The position numbers and the translations under genes are program-made. The notes beneath the pieces are model-generated. The model saw nothing but the letters and a program-made list of their open reading frames with translations, ran no database searches and was not told the DNA's origin. A stretch of 63,808 bases of DNA, filler included, from Klebsormidium nitens (taxonomy: Eukaryota > Plantae > Klebsormidiophyceae): NCBI GenBank assembly GCA_000708835.1. It is 6 parts of 6 records of this genome, joined end to end, with 100 filler letters (N's around TTAATTAATTAA, not from the genome) between each part and the next. Parts side by side here need not be neighbours in the genome. Positions count along the whole stretch, not along the records: positions 6,058 to 32,114 come from DF237831.1; positions 32,215 to 35,965 come from DF238548.1; positions 36,066 to 50,313 come from DF237888.1; 3 more parts are not named here. One strand, written 5' to 3'. Below, in pieces: positions 24,001-36,240 of the stretch. Every line of letters starts with the position of its first letter. The first letter of the stretch is position 1.

Positions 24001-27000
24001 GGGTTTCGACATGTGGGAAGCTGGAAAGAAGAGCGGTGAAGAGAGTGGGAGGAGGGAGGGGCAAAGGAGTGGCGGCCAAGATGAGACAGGGAGCGATCTT
24101 TTGAGGGGAGGGAAAAAACGGAACCCAGAACGGAGTGGAAGCGTGGACTGGAGCCGGTTTGAGGGAAGCCTGGAGAACATCCGGTCTAGCCCCTCCGGGT
24201 TTGAGGCCACCAGCACGAACCCGCTGGTGTTACCTACTGAGGCTTGGCCGGGCAAACAGTATATGGGGAGCGGGTTTTACAACGCCAACCCCGGTTACGG
24301 CCCTTCTTATCTGGTCGACGGTTACCCCGACGCGGCCAGTCTGCAACAGGCTGCATACGAGGAAGAGCAGCGCCGTGTCATACAGCAGAACTGGCCGCAC
24401 TCGCCACCGCAGGGCCACGTGGTCGGAACACGTGGCGGCCAGGGTGCGGTCCCCGCCTTAACCCTTCCCCAGAGTCTTGATACGGTTGCTGTCGGGGCCA
24501 CCCCAGGTGCGTCGCCCCCTTTCGGTGCACCTGCTGACATCACCAGCCCCGCAGCCAACAGCAACTTGCCAGCTGTCCCAACAGAGACCCATTTCGCTGG
24601 GGGCCAGCCGTTCTTCCCCGGACCTCCTGTGAGGAGTGTGAAAAGCCTCCCGGTCAGTCGAGGTCGGAAGCGGAAACTGGGCAGCACGGCCTCGGACTCG
24701 TCGGCTGAGATGCGGAAAGCAAGCAGCCAGCCCGCACTTTCTGGGAGCTCTCCCTCCAGTGGGGATACAATCAGTCAGGACGCCACCCCACCACCGCCCC
24801 CCCCGCAGCGACCGAAACCAATTGCACCGAAAATTGAGGCCCGGGGATCCCCATTCTATCCCGCCGGACCTGCGTTGTTTCAGACCGCTAAACCCCAGCA
24901 GGGGTTTCCAAGTCCTCTGCTGAGGGTGCGCCTGATGGACTTGGTCCTGAGAGACGGGTCCGAGTCCGAGTCACACGAATTTGCGGTCCGGAACTTGGCG
25001 GCTTCTCTGCAAAACGCAAACGCCGCCGTTTTGCAGCTGAGTGCCGAGGACGCAAAGCTGGTTAGGGACGGGTTAATGGCGCAAAGGCTGTTCTTTGAGG
25101 GGAGGAGGCCCGGCGAGTTGAGCAGGGTTAGGGAGGGGTCAACGGAGGGTTACGATGTGGGCGGTTTTGTGCGGCGAGGGAGGGGCGTGACATTCCTACA
25201 CAGGGCCGGAAGGTGAGTCCTCGCACATTTCGTCGTCACTTTTACGTTTCGATCATGCTGGCGCTATTGTTTAGCTGCTGCTAAACAAATTTATTTGCTT
25301 TTCACAAGTGTCAGGCTAGTCAAGACGAGGGCATCAAGAGAAAGGTCGGGTCTTTCACATGGAAGTGGAAATGTGAAAAGGTTGAACCATCTTCGCGTGG
25401 AACCCTTTACGAGCTCAGGCCCAAACGTGTTCTCTGTTTTGTTTAACGGCTATTCAGCTGGTCTTCGAAACGAAATTTATATAAACATTCCTGTTCGTAG
25501 GAGTTGTAACCAGTCTATCAGCCTGTCCCCTCATTCAAGTTTCCCTGAACCAGCGGTTTAAAAGACTCAATACCATCACGAGCAGATCAGCGAGCGTCCA
25601 TCCATGCCCACGTATGCCGCGCCAAGGGTCCCAACCCTCGATTCAAAGGTCTACCGTTTGCTGGAAAAGGTCTTTGAACAAACAACCAGTTTCTAGTTAT
25701 CCACTTATTTTTCGCTCATCTCATGGTGCAGAGAACGCAGCCCGTCGTAGGAACTTTGTGTGAGTGTAGCGACGAAATGGGCCAGAAGCCATCCTGAGAA
25801 AGACCCAGATACAACATGTAAACCTTTTTGTTTGATCCTACTAGGCCGTACCAGGACTCTCAGCCACCCCTTCTGCCCGACCTGTACCGTCTCCTCGGAG
25901 AAGTCTCCCGGACCGTTCTCGCTGCCACTGCGCGCCACGTGGGCCTCCGTGCGGACGCCTTTTCGGATCTTCTGGACGACGTCCCTCTGCCACGTGGCAC
26001 GACGGGGTCGAGCGTCCTTGCAAGCGAGCGGCCCGGCCCCGGGGGACCCCCCGAGGGGCCTCCCGAGAAGCAGGACGGGGAGGTGCGGATGGGCCGGGGC
26101 TTTTTCACATTGGTGGCGGCAGACAGCCCGGGCCTTCAGGTGAGGGGATGGACACGACTACTGCGGTCGTGTGACGTCATCGTGACGTTCAGTTGTCAGA
26201 AGTTCTGCACAGAATGTTTTGACCTTGGGGTACTTAGAAATCTCGCTGAGCAGATTAAGTACACTCTCAATCCTAGGTTTTCTGACAAAGAATGGGAAAA
26301 AATGATATAACTTAGTGACACTCAAACACGTCCTTTTCAAACGAGATCTGTCATCTCTTCACAAATACCAAAACAACTAACAGAGAGGCTCATCCGCACT
26401 TCTTGTCTCTTGTGAAGCCGATTGGATTACCCCTTCAAAACTCCAATGTGAAGGTAGAGGAACCTGTCACCAGACTCGGTCACAATGTTGTTTGAAGTGC
26501 TGCCAAGTAACCTGTAAACGCACGTCCCAACAGCTTTACAGAATAAGCACTGCTCAAAACAAGATTCCGAATATGCGGGAAGTTGGCCAGACCCTCGAGC
26601 CAACCAAGCCAGATGGTCATTTGGTGGAATTCAGACGGTCAGGCTTTCTCTTCCTCCCATTTCACAATGAACGTCACCTCCCACCGCAGGTTTCGGACGC
26701 CCAAGGCTTTTGGTACTTGGCAGACCAGCAACTCTCTCCGGGCGACATCCTCGTTCTCCCAGGCCAAGCCCTCCACGTCATCACCGCCGGCGCTCTAAAC
26801 CCTGCTCTGCACTGCATCAACCCGGCCCCGAACCCCGCGTCAAACTCCGGGTTAACGCCCCAAACCGTCAATTCTGGGGCGCGAACTCAGGTTACGTTCC
26901 ACCTGAACCCGCGTCCAGACGCGCAGCTCTCGGCGGCGAAGCTCCACGCCAGCGGGCGTGCGGTTGCGCCGGCGTTTCTGCAGCCCGTGATTGCGAGGGA

Positions 27001-29718
27001 GTTTATGGAGCGGGCCGTCGGGACAATGGCGGACCGGTCGCAGGGAGCCGAGGTCAGTAGGGCTTGTGTAGATTGGAGCCCCTCCAGGACTGCTTTGGGC
27101 GTTTTCTTGTGGTGACAAAATTTGGTTTTCCGTGGTGTTGTCCACACAATGTCATATTGCTACCCTTCCTTGGCCGGTTCATGCGAAGAACACAAGAAAC
27201 CCGGTGGATGCATTTGGATGCCTGCTCGTCCTTGAGATCTGGATCTCAAGGGTAGCCCGGATTGCGGCCAATCCTTTCACTTCACATTCAGCATCGCTTC
27301 CGTCTATTTCTCGTTGATGCGCCCACTCGTCCCGCAAGTGTGCAGCGATGACGGTCATTATTTAATGATCGCCTACAGCTCAGGCCTTCTGTGTTGGCTA
27401 GAGCCAAATCTGCGCCACCTTCTTTGGGACCCACCATTCTTCGTCCCGTGTAAATCTTTCACGTAGATTCGACGATACCAATTAATGACTCTTCTCGACA
27501 GCAGGCTTCTCCCCTCCCGGAGCCCACCCTGCGTTACACTCTGTCCGACCCTCTGAGCGGCGCTCCAATGATCGACTCCCTCCTCGCGCGCTGCGGTCAC
27601 TCGTTTGGCGCGGCCAGCATGCTGCGGGTGGCAGAGAGTGGGTCGTGTCCCCTCTGCGGAAAGGAAGTAAACATGGCGACTTTGGTGCCCAACCCAGGTA
27701 GGCGCTTTTTCCAGATGAATCCCTGTTCCTGGCAGATAATGCTGCAATTTGTGAAGACGTTCCCTCCTTGAAGGAGGTAGACACACTGTTCTTTTGTTGG
27801 TGCTCAGCAACGGCCATACACGCCTCAATGGGTATGCAAGAAACGCTTTGTACAAGCAGGGAACCCCGATTGCAGCGTGCGCACTTACACAATGTCAGAT
27901 CATGACGGAGTTCTAGCCTTGAAGAAAGTATCGCTCCACGACTCGTTGGACGCTTCCATAGATCCTTCTTCGCATAGTAAACCTTTTGTTGCAATCTTGC
28001 CCCTTCGGATAGCTGTTTCGACGGCTATCGAAAAGTGGTTGCCTCCTGCTTATGTTCGAGAGTCCGCGCTGGAAGCCACAGTGTGACGGAATCTTGGACT
28101 GACGTGACTCTGAACCGCGATTACTTGGAACCCACTTTCGGCGAACAGTAGGTTCAAAGAATCTTGTATTCTACTCATCCTTCTGCTGACTCAAGTTCAC
28201 TCCCAACTCTATCTGTGCAGCGCTTCGAAACGCCGCATCGTTCCTTGAGACTTCCGTCGCCCACCCCCCTTTCCCCCGCTTTCCAATCGACAACCCGCTC
28301 CCCCCTCCGACCGGGCTCTTCTGGGACCAATTACGTCAGCGGCAAATGGTCCCTCAGCGCCGGCCCGTCCAGCCGGCGCCGCACCCGCCAGGGTTTGGGG
28401 GTTTAGGTCCTAACCCCGCCGCTGAAAACCCGCTCAACAACCCAGGGTTCGGGGCGTTGGCTCCAACGGCGCTAACGCCGTTCAAGCGCAAACTGGAGCC
28501 GCAGACCGGGGACAGGCTTTACGGCTGGCCGCCAGGGTTTCAGGGTTTAGGCGACCCGCGGCTCGTGAAGCGGCGGCCGGAAGGCGCGGCCGCGAGCGGG
28601 CAGCCCGAGAAGCCTCGGGGGGTGCAGTACCCGTACAAAGTGCGCGAGCATGTGGTAATCAAGGTGAGGCTCGGATGGCGCCACGTGTCGGGTATTGGGC
28701 GATGTGTCGGAGCTTCGATATGGTGCACCTTCATTGGGCTAGGCACGCGCAGTTGAACATCGGATTGGCCAGTTCGACAGGCTCATCCGATGAACAAAGG
28801 TTCTCCAATACTAGTCTCTTTTGTCATCCCGTTTTCCGACGTGTCTTCTCTTGAAACGCGCTCACCGTTAAAAGAACGCAAATCAAGGGCTTTAACTTGT
28901 AAGAGTTGGTCCGGGACCTCTGGTCTTCGATTCCGCAAGGAAAACCGCTCACAGATGTTGCGCTATACCCATCGTGACGGTTTTCCCCCCCTCTTCCTTG
29001 GAAAGAGAGCAGTTCAAGGACCGCGTTCTTAGACAAGTAGATCAGTACAAGTGATGAGCAGATTCTCACAAAATGTCACTGCAAATTGATATCGCACTGA
29101 AGAGTCTGAAGCCTTTACTCGAGCTGTCGCGCGCTTCTCTTTAGTTCTTGAGAGCGTTGCCCATCGTGAGCCGTCGATTGTGCTTTGCTTTCGCAGGGCA
29201 ACAAACGGACGCCGGCCCACGTTGTCGGGAAACGCGCCATCATCACGGAGCAGTGCCTGAACGGCTGGTACATGGTACGTACCTTGGACCACGGAGAGAC
29301 CCTCCGACTGCAGTACCGGTCACTTGAACGCCTAACCAATAAGCCGGACCAGCGTCCGGTGGGCGCTCCGAAAAACACGGTAGACATTCCGGGGTCCTCG
29401 CTCAGCAACCCCGTGTCCATAGATATGCAAACGCAAGCCATGCAAAGTCAGACTAGCGGCGTACATAAGTCAACAGAGAATAAGGCGGTGGCCATAGCAG
29501 CCCGGAGCCAGCAACTGGTCATGATGGCGCTCAACCGGCGGACCTCGGAGGCGCCAAAAGCGCAGACGGAAAAGGTGCAAATGCCAGGGAATAAGCCGCC
29601 CAAACAGACAGCAGATGCACGCCCTCAAATAAAGCCTGCCGCACCGGCTCCGAGCGCTGATCAAACCGGAGGCCCGGCGAGCAAAGCACATGTAGAGGTT
29701 GATAAGCAGAAAAGGTAG
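21092..29718 (+). CDS. PUB62/At3g19895-like protein: long disordered N-terminus, degenerate 2OG-oxygenase fold, RING/U-box, conserved C-terminal domain; ~1680 aa
   Basis: Phase-consistent exons 21092-21495, 21953-22829, 23267-25212, 25845-26139, 26690-27052, 27505-27697, 28221-28663, 29197-29718. Motifs LSDPLSGAPM..CGHSFG..CPLC..PNPALR and GVQYPYKVREHVVIKGNKRTP..QCLNGWYMVRTLDHGETLRLQYRSL. Start codon uncertain. Confidence 0.85.
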
Positions 29719-30778
29719 CCGGCAGAGGAAATCTCTGTGCGGGGCTGAGGATGTCATACAGATTCTCAGCGATTGTAAATGGGCTGTACCCCTCCAGAAC
29801 GATAAAGGACTGGCAGTGTTAACACAAAGATCATAGGATTTTGAATACAGGTGAATAGTGCGCCAATGAAACGATGTGCATATGATAAGCAAGAAACATA
29901 GACACTGCATCTAGGGACAGGTAGGAGGCCGCCGATTGAAAGATGTTTTTGAGGAGGCGTCACAAATCTGGAGTGCACTTCCGTGTCGCGCACCTGGCAT
30001 AAATTAGTCTTGCATGATGACTGTGAGACTCCCCGGAGTAATATCTTGAAACATTGAAATCTTACCATGCAGCCCTTGTTGAATTATGCCCTCACTAACC
30101 ACATTGCTGTCGAGTAACTTCAACTCACTTCCGGTAATGATTGGTACTGTCATAGTCAGAACTTGCAGCAGGATGACAGATTCATTGATACGGCTCGCCA
30201 ATCATTGGCATGGCTACTGGCGAGCGCAAGATTGCAATAGGATCCGAACACTCAGATTTAGACCACGAGCACCTGTCCAAATGTCCATCGAGCCGCGCGG
30301 GCCAACTTATTAAGCCAATCAAATCTGCTTAAGTTTCTGGCAAACGCCGGGCCCGAGGCCCGAGGCTCACCTTGAAGGAGGCGACGGTCGATCCGATCGA
30401 CGAGTGCCCAGCTTATTGACTAATTCCTCTTTGGTACCAATTGCTGCCTGATCACCTATAGTAGCTGACTGCAGCCCGCATGCTAACGTCTTTAGTAAGT
30501 GACAAATATGAGGATTAGTACATGTTGTCGTGAAATATTGCCGTGCATGCATGCCCATTGATGGAGTTTGTGGCATGACACGTACGATCAATCGTTGCTC
30601 AAATCCGCAGAAGGGTGGTGAGATGGAACGGAACTTATAAGACTTCTAGGACTTTGCAATGATGCACCACGGCCTAAGCATGTGAGGCCACGTACTGATC
30701 CCGCCTGGCGCACATGACTCTGCTCACAAGACCCTCACGAGCTTGGATCTTGAAGATGCTTCACTGAGAGCATGTGAT

Positions 30779-31305
30779 CCCGGGGTGGCAACTCCCTTTT
30801 TAAAACATGTCATGTGCGGAGTAAAACACCCCGTTTGGCTTGCTCCGCCCGTTTTAAAACAGTTTTAAAACGTTGTAAAATGGTTGAAAAGCGCCCCAAA
30901 GACGTTTTTTCTACGGTTTTTTCGGCTTTTCTTGTTTTCCGTGCACATATTACATCCATCCAGATTGAAAGCAATCAGCTTAAAGATAATAAAACCCGAA
31001 TATGCGAAGCGGAAGGCATTTTAAAACGTTTTAGTTGTTTTGCTGTTTTTAAAACAGGGATATTTTCAGCCCATCTTGGACGCACATAGGCTTGCGGCCG
31101 TTTTGGTTGTTTTATTCTGTTTTAAAGTGGTTTTAGAATCGGATGGGGGGTCCATTTCCAAAAATAAGGGACGTTTTAGGCACCTCTCGACGAGCTCTAT
31201 CCGTTGGTTATAAATAAAACCTTAGCGCTATTCGTTTTATGCGGTTTTAAAAAAATAAGACGAATAAAACACAAGGTGTTTTAAAACTTGAGTTGCCACC
31301 TCGTG
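30779..31305. mobile_element. MITE family 1, full copy, 8-bp TSD (hAT/P-like)
   Basis: Ends CCCGGGGTGGCAACTC / GAGTTGCCACCTCGTG (16-bp TIR, 2 mismatches); TSD CATGTGAT at 30771-30778 and 31306-31313. Confidence 0.92.
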
Positions 31306-31758
31306 CATGTGATGGACCGTGATCGAAGGTGATTGGACACCTTCGACTCCTGGCACGCCATCATTGCGTCCGAGCCTTGACTTCTTTGTCACGAGAATCG
31401 TTGAGGTCGGGGCGTCTAGGCTTACAAGTGGTTCGCTAACGCACTACGCTCCTACATGCCCATGAGCCGGGCCCGAGCCGGGATAGCCCATATGTTGCCT
31501 CAGTGGCCCATACGTGGCCCATACATGCTGCAACGGAGTAATATTAGTTGAGAAACGAAGGAAACAATGAAAAGGGATTATATCCCATTCGACAGCTACT
31601 TGGATCAATGCACAAATGCAAGGTGCTAAATCCGCCTAGCTATAAATTGATAAATAACTGGGTGATAACTGGCCCTTCTCTTGCTTCTCAGCTGCAGACT
31701 GGCGGCTCGAGAACCAGGAGGTTTTGCTATGGGACTATGAATAATTCCTTGCCAGGCT

Positions 31759-32004
31759 CCCGGGGTGGCAACTCCCTTTTTAAAACATGTCATGTGCGGA
31801 GTAAAACACCCCGTTTGGCTTGCTCCGCCCGTTTTTAAACAGTTTTAAAACGTTGTAAAATGGTTGAAAAGCGCCCCAAAGACGTTTTATCTACGGTTTT
31901 TTCGGCTTTTCTTGTTTTCCGTGCACATATTACATCCATCCAGATTGAAAGCGATCAGCTTAAAGATAGTAAAACCCGAATATGCGAAGCGGAAGGCATT
32001 TTAA
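31759..32004. mobile_element. MITE family 1, truncated copy
   Basis: Near-identical to the first ~245 bp of 30779-31305. Confidence 0.88.
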
Positions 32005-32114
32005 GGTAGAAGTATGGCATTCAACCGCCTGCAGAACCCTTGGTCACGTTTGGGGTCATAGAATGGTCCAAACCTAACCAAATCGAGTCGAGTTGAAGCG
32101 GCGCTGAACAGAAT

Positions 32115-32214
32115 NNNNNNNNNNNNNNNNNNNNNNNNNNNNNNNNNNNNNNNNNNNNTTAATTAATTAANNNNNNNNNNNNNNNNNNNNNNNNNNNNNN
32201 NNNNNNNNNNNNNN
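32115..32214. other. Assembly gap linker
   Basis: N-run with TTAATTAATTAA. Confidence 0.98.
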
Positions 32215-32279
32215 ACAATATACTGGGACGAGTTCGATATGAAGATTCATAGACTCGAATCGTCACATGTAAGGTAACG

Positions 32280-33239
32280 TCACGGTCCTTTACTGAATTC
32301 GATGCCGGCGACGAATCGACTGAGGTAATTGTCAGACATTGGCGTTGTAACGTCGTTGAGCCGTGTCAAGAAGTACGCCCTTGGAATAAGGACCAAAGAC
32401 CGTTTGATATATTGCGATAGCCGTTTGCTCAATTCAAACTCCTGGCGTCCATACCGAGATGCAGTTTTGAAGGTCGTAAGTGTTAAGACGAAAGAGTCTT
32501 TCAACACGTTGCCAGATTGCTCGTGCACACCCTGCGCTTCGGCGCTATAGAAGGAACCGTCTGGCTTTTGTAGAGAGAGATTGCTGAAATCCCGACGTTT
32601 TGGCGGCTCGAGGGTATTCGCGGCTAGAACGAGATGCTGAAAGACCGTTTTGATGTCGTCACGTTCTAGCGGTCTCCCAAGTTGGTAGGTGTGGACGATC
32701 TGCCGTCTGATCTTTCGCCCGAGCTCTTCCATTTTTGCCTTGATTCCTGCCATACTGATCCAGTTTTCTTGCTCCCTTAGAGTAGGCGTTTGACATAAGT
32801 TTTGACTGCTCTGCTTGTTTTTCGCCAAAAGGAACGCGGCAAAGAACAGGTCGTACGCTTCGCCCCATTTTCGTGACTTTGAGATGGCCATCAGGGGTGT
32901 AAGCTTGTTGCAGAGGCTTCCTGGAGACCATGCCGCCTTTGCGGCGTTGCTTTGGCGTTTTCTTATGGCGTTCACGATGGTGCCGGCGTCTCTGATCCAA
33001 TCTATGTCTGTCGGCAGCTCCGCCGTTTCATTATTGGTGATTAAGCCGTATACGATCCTTAGGCTATTGATGTACTGGGAGCAAGTTGATTCGGCACGAT
33101 GTGAGCCGTCCTGTAAAACACTGAAATGAACCTGCTCACCACACATAGGGACTGCCCTCAGCTCGTTTGCTTGGTTGTCCCTGGGTGCTTCTTCGGTGCT
33201 TTGCTCAATTGCCATTGCTATTGTTCTGATCGTATGCAA
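32280..33239 (-). CDS. Tyrosine recombinase (virophage/PLV/NCLDV-like), C-terminus degraded or truncated
   Basis: QHLVLAANTLEPPKRRDF (catalytic R) and FKTASRYG (catalytic K); colinear with the YR at 45800-46854; the HxxR/H/Y region is not intact before the gap. Confidence 0.8.
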   Translation of the reverse strand: MHTIRTIAMAIEQSTEEAPRDNQANELRAVPMCGEQVHFSVLQDGSHRAESTCSQYINSLRIVYGLITNNETAELPTDIDWIRDAGTIVNAIRKRQSNAAKAAWSPGSLCNKLTPLMAISKSRKWGEAYDLFFAAFLLAKNKQSSQNLCQTPTLREQENWISMAGIKAKMEELGRKIRRQIVHTYQLGRPLERDDIKTVFQHLVLAANTLEPPKRRDFSNLSLQKPDGSFYSAEAQGVHEQSGNVLKDSFVLTLTTFKTASRYGRQEFELSKRLSQYIKRSLVLIPRAYFLTRLNDVTTPMSDNYLSRFVAGIEFSKGP

Positions 33240-33488
33240 GATTATAATTCTACAATTATTAAACGTGCCTCAATCAAAAATCCCGATTTGTCTCTTTCGA
33301 AGAGGTTATATATGTGGGTTATACGTCACAAGTCACAGGTTATACTCGATATTCCAGAATTGTGATTCACGTGGGTCGTATTTTTTGAGATGGTGCTCCG
33401 AAGTGAAACATAACAAACGGAAAAAACGACATAGGGATCATGATATACTCCAAGAATTTCTGGAAAATATCCAAAGACGCCAGAATTA

Positions 33489-34191
33489 GTGACGGAGGGT
33501 GTTCACGAATATAGTGCATCAGGGCTCCTTGCTTTCAGTGGCAAGAAAGGCTCTTTTCATACTGGTCCGGACACGCATCTTTTTGCTTCAGGAGGCTTTG
33601 TAAGCCTAGGGCATTTTCCTCACCAGAGTAGTAAGGACCTTATGGATGACACCGACTCCGGCCACGTTGAAGCCAAAAACGGCATGTATCGCTCGTTTCG
33701 TATCTTAAATGCTTTTGAAATGTGCAAGAGCTTGAGCAGTAGTCGATCGATCGAGTCTCTTGAACGACGGTAGATTTCTCATCAACGCAAGCAATGGCCG
33801 AGTTTCTCAAGTTGGTACTCGTGCTCGCAGCATGCTCTATCGCAGACTCAAAGGCCGAGAATCAATTCGACTGCCTTACAAAGCAGGAGTCCTTTCAGAA
33901 GAGACGACCAGAGGAACTTGCCGTCAAAAACGATATGCATACGAAGTTACCTTGAGCAATTTACCAATCGAAAAGAGAGCTTCCAAGGAATTGACCTTCC
34001 AGGGATCCTATAAAACAACCGCCCTTAAGATGAAAGTGGACGACTTTTACAAAGCAATGCATCGGGGTAATCGCCGGACGCGTGGCATGATGATTTCGTT
34101 CACTGAAGACGACGGCGTCAAATCCCGTTTACCGAGAAGCAAAGTTGGTTTGCGTACAAAAGCAGTCACTACGAAAACGGAGCAAAGTTAA
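33489..34191 (+). CDS. Two overlapping intronless hypothetical ORFs inside the YR element
   Basis: ORFs 33489-33773 and 33760-34191 lie between the YR and gene X; no recognisable motif. Confidence 0.35.
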
Positions 34192-34242
34192 AGAGAACTG
34201 AGACCGCCGTCTGCACCTTACATTGCAACCGTAAGATCCCCC

Positions 34243-34750
34243 TCAGATCAAATCTCCACGAACCTTTGAAAGATTGACAAGAGCATCGAGATTGAGATCC
34301 ATGACTTCGGAAGTTTCATCCCAAGAACGACTAGCGTAAGTTGGCGATTGTTCACGTTCCAGCTCGTGGCTTCTGTGATCAATCAAAAGCGGAGCGTTCC
34401 TATTTCGATGTGATCGTCGTGCTCTTCTCACCCGTTCGGCTCGTTTCAATGCGGTCGACCATGAAACATGTACCATATACGGACTCCCAAAGAGGCCAGT
34501 TCTATCCCACCTTGTCTCAAAAACCTTCGTTTCTTAATGAACGTACAACCCTCCGACATATGTGCTTTAAACAAAACGGCCTACACAAGGCTCGTGAGCC
34601 AGCCAAAGTTCCAACGTCCAGCATAGTACTTAGGATGCCAAACTCGGTGTGGGTGCGTATTATGGCAAGTCTCACCGATTCCAGTATTTGTCGATCCATT
34701 TCAGCGATAGCAACCCGATCACGTGGCTGAAAGCCAAAGATCACGTCCAT
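34243..34750 (-). pseudogene. Gene X copy 1 (hypothetical, homologous to 44607-45533)
   Basis: MDVIFGFQPRDRVAIAEMDRQILES.. matches MDAILGYRPLNRAAILEMDRHVLES..; single frameshift at an A5 run (~34519-34523). Confidence 0.75.
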
Positions 34751-35069
34751 ACATTCGTGTTGAAAAACGTGATCGCTCACAAGCCATGCAATACTGCAAT
34801 AGGCTGGATACGCATGTGCATATTGAGGCTACGGAATGTGGTCAGATCTCCAAGTACTACATTGACAGATACAACAAACACCAAGAATTGCTTCATTCTT
34901 CGTGAATACTGCATGGAGTGAAGTGACGAGAGCTTCTCATATACGGTCTAAATCTAGCATCTGTGTGCAAGTAAGCCCATAAATAAGAAGCTCATGTATG
35001 ACACTCCGTGTACACAAAGCCAAGACATTGACCCCAAGCTAAAGGAGCACTATCTATATATATACCGAG

Positions 35070-35854
35070 CTATGTGCTCCTTGGAGGGGTAATTATGCAA
35101 GGCTCCACTGCAGCCTCGACCTCGGGTTGGCCTAGCTCAGCAAGCAGAGGGGCCCCAGACGGCCTACGAAGCAAGTCGTCAAACTCGCTCACGTCTACCC
35201 CATCCAAGAACTCTCGAACTGCAGACTCGAGCTCCATCGTATAACTCCAGATCAAAGGAACCTCACGAAACTGCAACTTTGTCAGCTTTGCCATTCGAAG
35301 GAGACTCTTCTCATCCAATCTGTACTGATAGTCGGTTAACCCCGCACCCGACTCATAGTTCTTTCCCTTTCCTCGCCTGGCTCCGCGAGAGACCTCCTTA
35401 GGCTTGCCGAGCTTCAGACCCATCCACCCCAAAAGACCATTCACCGCCGCCTTGAGCTGCCCTGGCAGCAGATGAACGTGCCCCTTCTCGGGTGCCGGCA
35501 ATCGCACGCCAAACATCTCAGGAGGACGACGGCCTGTCAAGGACGGCCTATCCCCAGCAAACTTCGGACACCCCTTGAAAAACTCCGTTGCCCGGTGAGC
35601 TTGTCCCGCAACCCTCCTGCTAGTAACGAAGGAGTAAACGCCTGGTCGAAAGCATGGGAGAGGCCCAGACCCGACTCGATCAACTCTCTCGCAATTTCGG
35701 CTCTCGCAGGATCGAAGCTTCTAGGGCCCATCGCCTTCTCGACCAGTAAGCGACCCGGGAGCAGCACTTTCAGGAGATTCATCAAGGGCTCCGAGAAGGG
35801 GGACTTGTAGCCGGCCTTGGTTTGCAGGAAGAAGCTTTCATTGAGCTCCTTCAA
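35070..35854 (-). pseudogene. C-terminal part of a large protein, possibly an origin-binding/replication helicase; frameshifted
   Basis: Two ORFs are joined by removing a 14-bp insertion at ~35528-35549; LKAAVNGLLGWMGLKL..RRGKGK..YQYRL loosely recalls C-termini of UL9/CyRepA1-like replication proteins (inference). Confidence 0.35.
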
Positions 35855-35965
35855 CCCGTAGAATGCGCAAGCCTCGTGCTTGATAACCTCAACTGTGACG
35901 ATTACTCTGATTAGGTCTAACGTCGTTCTCGCATAGTTACGCTAACCAAGTGTTCTGTCGTCTGA

Positions 35966-36065
35966 NNNNNNNNNNNNNNNNNNNNNNNNNNNNNNNNNNN
36001 NNNNNNNNNTTAATTAATTAANNNNNNNNNNNNNNNNNNNNNNNNNNNNNNNNNNNNNNNNNNNN
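35966..36065. other. Assembly gap linker
   Basis: N-run with TTAATTAATTAA. Confidence 0.98.
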
Positions 36066-36240
36066 GGCCAGTGCGATGTGGGCAAGCTCTGAGTCAACGC
36101 TCAATTGCAATACTCCAGGGCTCTTGCTCTTGAGCATCTTAGTACGCTGTATCAGCCTGCTCATTGATTTAGCAATCAAGCGTTTGTTCAAGAGTTTTCA
36201 CCGCTTCCTCGCCTTATCAACTCCGGCCACGCCTTTGCAG

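Noticed and set aside
34649-34921. Similar-looking ORFs 34649-34921(+) and 44460-44711(-)
   Set aside because: Antisense shadows of gene X; their similarity follows from the sense-strand homology.
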